A stretch of DNA of 64,000 nucleotides from a virus (Duplodnaviria; Heunggongvirae; Uroviricota; Caudoviricetes), in the IMG/VR virus record IMGVR_UViG_3300025649_000002, positions 1 through 64,000 of that record, one strand, 5' to 3'. Each line of letters begins with the position of its first letter. Within the stretch, counting starts at the first letter, position 1. Both the position numbers and the translations under genes were made by a program. Positions 59,201 through 64,000 of this stretch are shown in pieces. The notes under the pieces are model-generated. The model did no database searches, had not been told where the DNA came from, and saw nothing but the letters and a program-made list of their open reading frames with translations.

Positions 59201-60944
59201 TTGCACGTTTCGACTCTTGTTTCAGAGTCTTCATTTCTTTTGCTTCTCTTTTCTTTGTAATAGGAGAAAATATCCAATCGAATATAGATTTACCCATCGA
59301 TACTTTTCCGAGTGGTTCTCCACCTAATGCCGCAATAATCTTATCTAATTGAATTCGATTTGTTTCTTGAAAATATCTTGTCGCAGTATATAGTATTCCC
59401 AAATGTGCGACTGAATCATGCATAGGACTTCCTGTTGCTGCTGGAAGTTCTCCTTTATATTTATTACCAAATTTGAATCCCATTAATGCTAATGGTTTTG
59501 TTATCATCCACTTAGAAACAAATTTTGTGAAACCTGACAATCCCATCCATAAACCACGCATGAATGGATGACGTAACATAAATGAATCAAATGATGCAGT
59601 GATTCGTTCACTCATTTGAACAGGTTGTTGACCTAGTGCTCTTAGAATCGCTTCATTGATTCCAACCAATCTCCATGTAGGATCTGCAGCAAGTGATCGA
59701 CCTTCTCCACCAACCGCTAAACCAGCACGAAGTGTACGACGAGCAGTTCCAATTTCTCCCAACTGCTTAACTTTGATTCCACGAATATCAGCACCAGCGG
59801 CCAATTGTGCTCTTGATAGAGTTCCTTTTTTCACTGCTTTTTGACGTTGAATCAAATTCATTTTTTCAAGACGAAGACCTTCAATTTTATATCCTGATGC
59901 AGATAATGATGAGCGCCTTGTTGCTCCAGTCTTTACACCGCCTTTGCCAACGGAATCTCTTATTTCTAATAATGCTGATAGCATAGATCTGAAGATAGTA
60001 CTCTCATCTCGTGCTCTTCTAACATCAGTCTTTTTTCTAATAAGGAAAAATCGTTTTGACAGTTTCCTATTCATCGTGTTAGATGATAGAGAATTTGCCT
60101 TTGCAGGAGGTACAACTTTTTCACCCTTATGCACAAGTGCAAGTCCAGTTGACTTAATTTTAGCACCAGTTTGCATTTTAGGTACATCCATTGAAGGACC
60201 TTCTGTACCACCTTTACCAAACCATTTTGAAAGTGTTGCTTTTGATTTATCTTTGAACTTTTTATACATATCTGTTTCGAACATTTTCTCTGTAAAATAT
60301 CCGAGAATTGGATTGACCTTACTAACAACAGATGCCGCCAACTTTGTTTCTTTTATATCAATATCTTCACGTACAGTATTTTGAATGTCTTGTCCTACTT
60401 TCAATGCACCACGGACAGGAGCCGCTGCAGTACGAGTTCCCTTTTGCATTGTTCCGACTATTTTTTTATTTGTTGCTGCAATCTGGGATCTTATATTTGA
60501 CATGAACCCAACCATTTGACCTTGAGTCTTTATGATTTGGTTAGAACTCTCCCTAGTTGCGGATGAGATATCTTTTTCTTGTTTAGCGAATAAAGATGAT
60601 ATACGTTTCTTTGATGCAGATTTTATTTTCTTATATGTTTCAGTCTCCGCCATCTTTTCAGTTGCATAACCTGCTATTGGATTGACTTTAGATACCATTG
60701 ATCCTGCAAGTTTTTTCTCTTTAATGTCTATATCATCACGTACTGCATTTTGAATATCCTGAGCCATTTTTGCAGGTACTCTGACCGGAGTACTACCCAT
60801 ACGAAGAACAGACTTAGATAAATTTTGAACTGATGTTGTTAATGATGAAATAGTTCTTCTATTCAATGTATCATTATCTAATCTGTCCTTAATCGTCTTA
60901 GTCTTTTGTCGTTGTTTGGATTTGTCACTGTAACTGTCTGCCAT
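56205..60944 (-). CDS. tape-measure-like protein (1579 aa)
   Basis: Very long; N-terminal ~50-aa repeats (AQDIQNAVRDDIDIKEKKLAGSMVSKVNPIAGY / GQDIQNTVREDIDIKETKLAASVVSKVNPILGY); central run of hydrophobic helices; basic C-terminus. Confidence 0.5.
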   Translation of the reverse strand: MADSYSDKSKQRQKTKTIKDRLDNDTLNRRTISSLTTSVQNLSKSVLRMGSTPVRVPAKMAQDIQNAVRDDIDIKEKKLAGSMVSKVNPIAGYATEKMAETETYKKIKSASKKRISSLFAKQEKDISSATRESSNQIIKTQGQMVGFMSNIRSQIAATNKKIVGTMQKGTRTAAAPVRGALKVGQDIQNTVREDIDIKETKLAASVVSKVNPILGYFTEKMFETDMYKKFKDKSKATLSKWFGKGGTEGPSMDVPKMQTGAKIKSTGLALVHKGEKVVPPAKANSLSSNTMNRKLSKRFFLIRKKTDVRRARDESTIFRSMLSALLEIRDSVGKGGVKTGATRRSSLSASGYKIEGLRLEKMNLIQRQKAVKKGTLSRAQLAAGADIRGIKVKQLGEIGTARRTLRAGLAVGGEGRSLAADPTWRLVGINEAILRALGQQPVQMSERITASFDSFMLRHPFMRGLWMGLSGFTKFVSKWMITKPLALMGFKFGNKYKGELPAATGSPMHDSVAHLGILYTATRYFQETNRIQLDKIIAALGGEPLGKVSMGKSIFDWIFSPITKKREAKEMKTLKQESKRAKSSQDHKHISILKHIDETASKDAKINKIQLREETWWRKLQWERMRKSPVGFLLKLLKPFLVIGVVFFTTFWKRIKGFFNGFSTIGKTIKALGLGIVSSIRTSFASLASLGKMSFGSSVGMSLGALKNSAMVQSAGAKAGMTLGAIKNASSARGASAGMALGGINNSKVGIVVSKAYGIIANFVKMFTKIPFAKVFTTIGKTITKINAVLIRLVPGFGAMSAVVKKLFWPLQVLFSVINGISGFFRAKEVFGKNATIKQKIASALAGAVNGFISIFVNLAHWFTEKLFGVKLKKWDLFKPLAKAFDMILGAFSGLIDIAKWVFKVVKTGVNLIWDVIKFPFMIFTNPKKAFADLGKSLSDSVSLLKTGLTAFIWKLPKWIITNTISLLWTVVTGSLKFVFWSLPKWFLLTAVPAISKSITNLAWEIVTGMFNVVKWWLGTVFLALPKMLLKYANKAIEGLGEGFKFLKNDLPKIIRKALKRKAKIMAENISALPGLIWQTIKDSVANSFVGRVTKSLFTARPSSKLEGFAKAKAKPYIIKKAGQVKVHTGEVIGSAKKWAEKGKKNSSKVIDSTKDWAKSGSGKAAASLSKYTKKSTSYLSDISKNIKVMANSISLKEIRNESSEYIAEAKKYGITTDAVYIAKKAKEKVVEKSKEAIEAGKELAVKAAEAAKNFKKKTFSIMDPKKEEVKRAKLRLAARKAGTSTDSMWRGKKESSGASGSWVTDTDKAIKDFHKVKESSPEKYNADISSGYIDKWSWQGSKFDKRKELRKKQETAIKVKTAATERKNQPFKKNTSKSYSFAGGVPLTSKMQQELQARKQFYIVRGESSISASMSAIGDIKKNNKAYVTEYQKLFKEQKEKFTKRKMNRLEKGEILSHGDKAFIKHDARLAAAAEVMKTSVGAARERPIIKSDSVKKMASKEKTLAAEAALNAGKYTAKKAEETSKKNASDISTNIVTSNYKIANSSSNVSNGGQQSPGPESNPAWSSIDSNALGGNI

Positions 60945-60955
60945 GAGTTATTACC

Positions 60956-61930
60956 TTATTTTAATGATACCTTTGCTAACTTCTCAATTGCAACATAATG
61001 AGAACGAATAGTTTTTTCGCCCGCTGTTATTGCTGCTACTTCAGAAGGAAATAAAATCTCTTGAACAAATAATGAATTAGGATTTCTATATCCCAAAATT
61101 TTATATGCCTTAGCAAGACATGCATATATCCTTTGAGGAATAGATTCTCTTTCATATACTTGTTGAATATATTGATTTGGATTCGTAATGAATGTATTGA
61201 CTGCTTTCATGAATCCTTCTGCAAGATCAACGTCACTTCCAGTAGTTTTTGTAAACATATCAATTTCTTTTTTATAAGGACCTTCAAAAAACTTTATTGA
61301 ATAATCCTTAGATGTCCATTCTATATTTTTAAGTACTAATTGAATAAACATTTTTACATTATTTTTATCTATATCATTTGAATCAAAATACAGATTAAAG
61401 AATTCAGAATAATATGTCAACCACATTGATTTGAAATAACTTCCAAAACCACCTTTAAGGTTGTAACAAGCGAAATGCATCATTTCATGAAGTAAAGTTT
61501 TTGCCATATCTTTCGAACTTGTCCATATGAAAAACTTCACTCTATTATCCATTAACATATAAATTCTATTTGATTCAGGAGAAAAGAATGCCATGATAGA
61601 CTTGTCATAATCAGTTCCGAACATTTTATGTCCAAGAAAACTAATGATTCCTTTTTTCGAATAACAAGGTATAATAATTCCTCTTCTTGTAAGATTCTCT
61701 AATGCATCTGCAACTGGTCGAGTTTCTTTTCTTTGTTTGACAGCATCAATAAATTTCGCTTTCAATTTATCGGAACTATAGAAATTCATACCAGATAATG
61801 TTCCTGCTTTTTGAAGACCAAACGGTCCAACTCCAAAAGATTCATGCAAAACATCGCCCGGATTTGATTCATCTTCGAATAGATGTTTATTTTTTCGAAG
61901 TTCTTTTTCAGCATATGAATTGAGAAGCAT
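60956..61930 (-). CDS. HExxH putative zinc metallopeptidase-like protein (paralog of 11447..12400)
   Basis: LLHEMMHF motif; conserved blocks and C-terminus shared with 11447..12400. Confidence 0.5.
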   Translation of the reverse strand: MLLNSYAEKELRKNKHLFEDESNPGDVLHESFGVGPFGLQKAGTLSGMNFYSSDKLKAKFIDAVKQRKETRPVADALENLTRRGIIIPCYSKKGIISFLGHKMFGTDYDKSIMAFFSPESNRIYMLMDNRVKFFIWTSSKDMAKTLLHEMMHFACYNLKGGFGSYFKSMWLTYYSEFFNLYFDSNDIDKNNVKMFIQLVLKNIEWTSKDYSIKFFEGPYKKEIDMFTKTTGSDVDLAEGFMKAVNTFITNPNQYIQQVYERESIPQRIYACLAKAYKILGYRNPNSLFVQEILFPSEVAAITAGEKTIRSHYVAIEKLAKVSLK

Positions 61931-61937
61931 GAGTTAT

Positions 61938-61957
61938 CCTTTTTATATTTGTTCTAA
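61938..61957 (-). promoter_or_regulatory. TTAGAACAAATATAAAAAGG promoter-like motif (minus strand)
   Basis: Directly upstream of 61930 start. Confidence 0.45.
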
Positions 61958-61963
61958 TTCCCG

Positions 61964-63715
61964 TTAATCATCAGTATTCCAACCCATTATATCAAACGGA
62001 TTTAAGATAGAATTTTGACTACCTCCAGGTTGGTCTGCTAATTTATGCATATTCTCTTTTGCCTTCTTTAAAACATCTCTATTCATTTGTTCAAGTGATA
62101 CACCACCAGGAAGTTTACTATATACTGAAACAGTATCTGAACTAAGTGTTTCTCCTATTTCGTATCCTGGAAGATCATCATTCCACTCAGCAACTTCGTG
62201 AATATCATCTGATAGTCTTATACCAGTAGGACCTGTAGCAATTCCAACAGGAGGATCATATTGACGAACATATGTACAGAATCCAGATGCCATTACAAGG
62301 TCATCATGTACACCCTTATCTGCTTCAACCTTGAATGAAGTCGCCATTTGTTTTTCAATCAAACCTGCCAATTCAAGGACTAATGATTCTGATTTTATAC
62401 AATCAGGATATTGTGTTATGAATGTATAAAGTGAATCCATCAACATAGGTCGTGATTTTGTGTTAGTATTGAATCCGTACCTCTTAACCTTAGCAGTAGC
62501 CTCTTTCAACTGCTTTGTCGGACTCATCCTATATAGGTTCACCGGAACATCTTCCAACCGTCTAATGTATCCTACAACCTCGGTACCGTATGAATTATCC
62601 TCTGGTATCAATAAGTGATTAACGAATAATTTTGCAACTGTTCTTATATTTTCACAGAAATCAAATACTTCTAATTTACCTCTGAATTCGGCCACTTGAT
62701 TCATTGTTTCATAATCATATACTTCAATGGTAGACTTATCAGATCCACCAGCAGATGCCACATCAATTCCTATCAAATAGTATTTTGTAGGAAGAATTTC
62801 TTCCCACATATATAATAACCCACCTCTCATTTTAAATGATGAGGTAGGTTTCTTTACATTGTCAAATAGTTTCTTTAGGACGTTTAATGGCAACCATGTG
62901 TTCTCAGAACCAATGAATTGCATTTCTAACTCTTGAGCAATCTTACCCTCATTACCACCTAATAGTTTACACTGTGTATCATACCATGTTGGATCATCAA
63001 CGAATTCAGGAATATCTTTCCAATACAATTTACTTGCATGAAACATTCCTGTTCCTGCAACAGCCTCTTTCCATATATCAAAGAAAAACTTTCCTGTACC
63101 TAGAGTACGATTAGGAGTTGAAATAACAATCATTCCAAACGGTACACCTTTTTCACGGGCCACTTGATGTGATTTAAATAGGGCCGGTGCAAAAGCGGTA
63201 TACGCTTCATCAATGAAAGGAATATGAGCGGCCTCATCAATGATACCCAAAGTGATTGCTTTTCCACGAAATAGAGAACCAGGATTTCCTGCATTAACAC
63301 TCTCAGCAAATAATTGACATCCATTATCCAATATAAATGTACGTTCAGTATCTTTCAAAAATTTAGGTTGCATCCATGCAGGGAGATTGTAAAGTAACAT
63401 CATAACCTTACGTGCAAAGTCAGTTGCTTCATCTCCTTTACGGGATACGATACCTATAACTGCATTTTTATAAAATGTACATAACCATGCACAGAATATT
63501 TGTGCTGCAGTTGATCCACCAGTTTGTCGTGTCTTCAACAATGCAACATAATTTACACGAAGAAGGTCTCGTAAGAATTGTTCCTGTGGTGGATACATTT
63601 TTGGAGTCACCGACCCACCAGGCAGACTTAATTTTACATAGATTTTAGCAAAATAAAAGATGTCTTTTTTGCATTTCAAAAATTCTTTTACTTTTTGTTG
63701 GGCATTCATTGCCAT
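61964..63715 (-). CDS. terL: terminase large subunit
   Basis: ATPase LLKTRQTGGST (deviant Walker A) and LGIIDEAAHI (Walker B); nuclease LIGIDVASAGGSDKS ... HDDLVMASGF. Confidence 0.8.
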   Translation of the reverse strand: MAMNAQQKVKEFLKCKKDIFYFAKIYVKLSLPGGSVTPKMYPPQEQFLRDLLRVNYVALLKTRQTGGSTAAQIFCAWLCTFYKNAVIGIVSRKGDEATDFARKVMMLLYNLPAWMQPKFLKDTERTFILDNGCQLFAESVNAGNPGSLFRGKAITLGIIDEAAHIPFIDEAYTAFAPALFKSHQVAREKGVPFGMIVISTPNRTLGTGKFFFDIWKEAVAGTGMFHASKLYWKDIPEFVDDPTWYDTQCKLLGGNEGKIAQELEMQFIGSENTWLPLNVLKKLFDNVKKPTSSFKMRGGLLYMWEEILPTKYYLIGIDVASAGGSDKSTIEVYDYETMNQVAEFRGKLEVFDFCENIRTVAKLFVNHLLIPEDNSYGTEVVGYIRRLEDVPVNLYRMSPTKQLKEATAKVKRYGFNTNTKSRPMLMDSLYTFITQYPDCIKSESLVLELAGLIEKQMATSFKVEADKGVHDDLVMASGFCTYVRQYDPPVGIATGPTGIRLSDDIHEVAEWNDDLPGYEIGETLSSDTVSVYSKLPGGVSLEQMNRDVLKKAKENMHKLADQPGGSQNSILNPFDIMGWNTDD

Positions 63716-63800
63716 AAGAAATTCCTTGGTTGGGATGGAAAATTTTTACTATATATATAAACAATTAGAATGAACAAATTAAACCTTACGTTAATGTATA

Positions 63801-63813
63801 ATATTTGTTCTAA
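63801..63813 (-). promoter_or_regulatory. TTAGAACAAATAT promoter-like motif upstream of terL
   Basis: Minus-strand copy in divergent intergenic region. Confidence 0.35.
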
Positions 63814-63863
63814 TTCACAAGGATACACTCATAAGAGTGACTAATTTTTATTAGGAGGAAGTT

Positions 63864-63971
63864 ATGTTTATAATATCAATAGTAGTAGTAGGTTTAATTC
63901 TTACAGGACTTAATGTATTTCATAAGAATTGGACAGACGAGGACGAAGCAAAAGAATTGTGTCTTGTATAA
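63864..63971 (+). CDS. small hydrophobic protein (35 aa)
   Basis: AGGAGG RBS 6 nt upstream; single TM segment. Confidence 0.2.
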   Translation: MFIISIVVVGLILTGLNVFHKNWTDEDEAKELCLV

Positions 63972-64000
63972 ATTATTAAAATTTAATCGGGAGAATATAT

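Noticed and set aside
1-64000. Genome-wide stop-codon reassignment (code 4 or 15)
   Set aside because: Long structural and enzyme ORFs (814, 892, 1579 and 583 aa) are uninterrupted by TGA or TAG; only isolated cases at 18524 and 12907.

Overview
This window is an AT-rich (about 30% GC) segment of a tailed dsDNA phage genome, most likely a myovirus. SD-type ribosome binding sites suggest a Firmicutes-like or other SD-using host. Layout: (i) 1..6300 is a dense + strand block of small early-type genes, including a thioredoxin and a GroES-like co-chaperonin; (ii) 6300..40500 is a mosaic accessory/replication region with several opposite-strand islands, carrying an AEP primase-polymerase-like gene, a metallophosphoesterase/GNAT/HAD/CheY-like receiver cassette, a polysaccharide-type modification cluster (O-MTase-GT2 fusion, pyruvyl-transferase-like, B12-binding radical SAM, SAM-MTase, LbH acetyltransferase, GT1), a P-loop kinase, an SPFH lipoprotein island, an M15 endolysin and a MoxR-like AAA+ plus metallopeptidase-VWA module; (iii) 40850..55012 is a + strand structural block (sheath-like, tube-like, gp25-like baseplate wedge, large baseplate/fiber proteins) interrupted by a free-standing GIY-YIG homing endonuclease; (iv) 55009..63715 is a minus strand block of tape-measure-like 1579-aa protein, HExxH protein and terminase large subunit. 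A conserved TAGAACAAATATAAAA motif resembling T4-type late promoters precedes about 16 genes on both strands. Other notable items are a zinc-ribbon gene whose CxxC...CxxC motif spans an in-frame TGA, a ~12-bp periodic CAAT array in a 400-bp intergenic gap, a tRNA-like T-arm fragment and several perfect tandem duplications. All functional calls rest on motif recognition by eye; no database searches were run.
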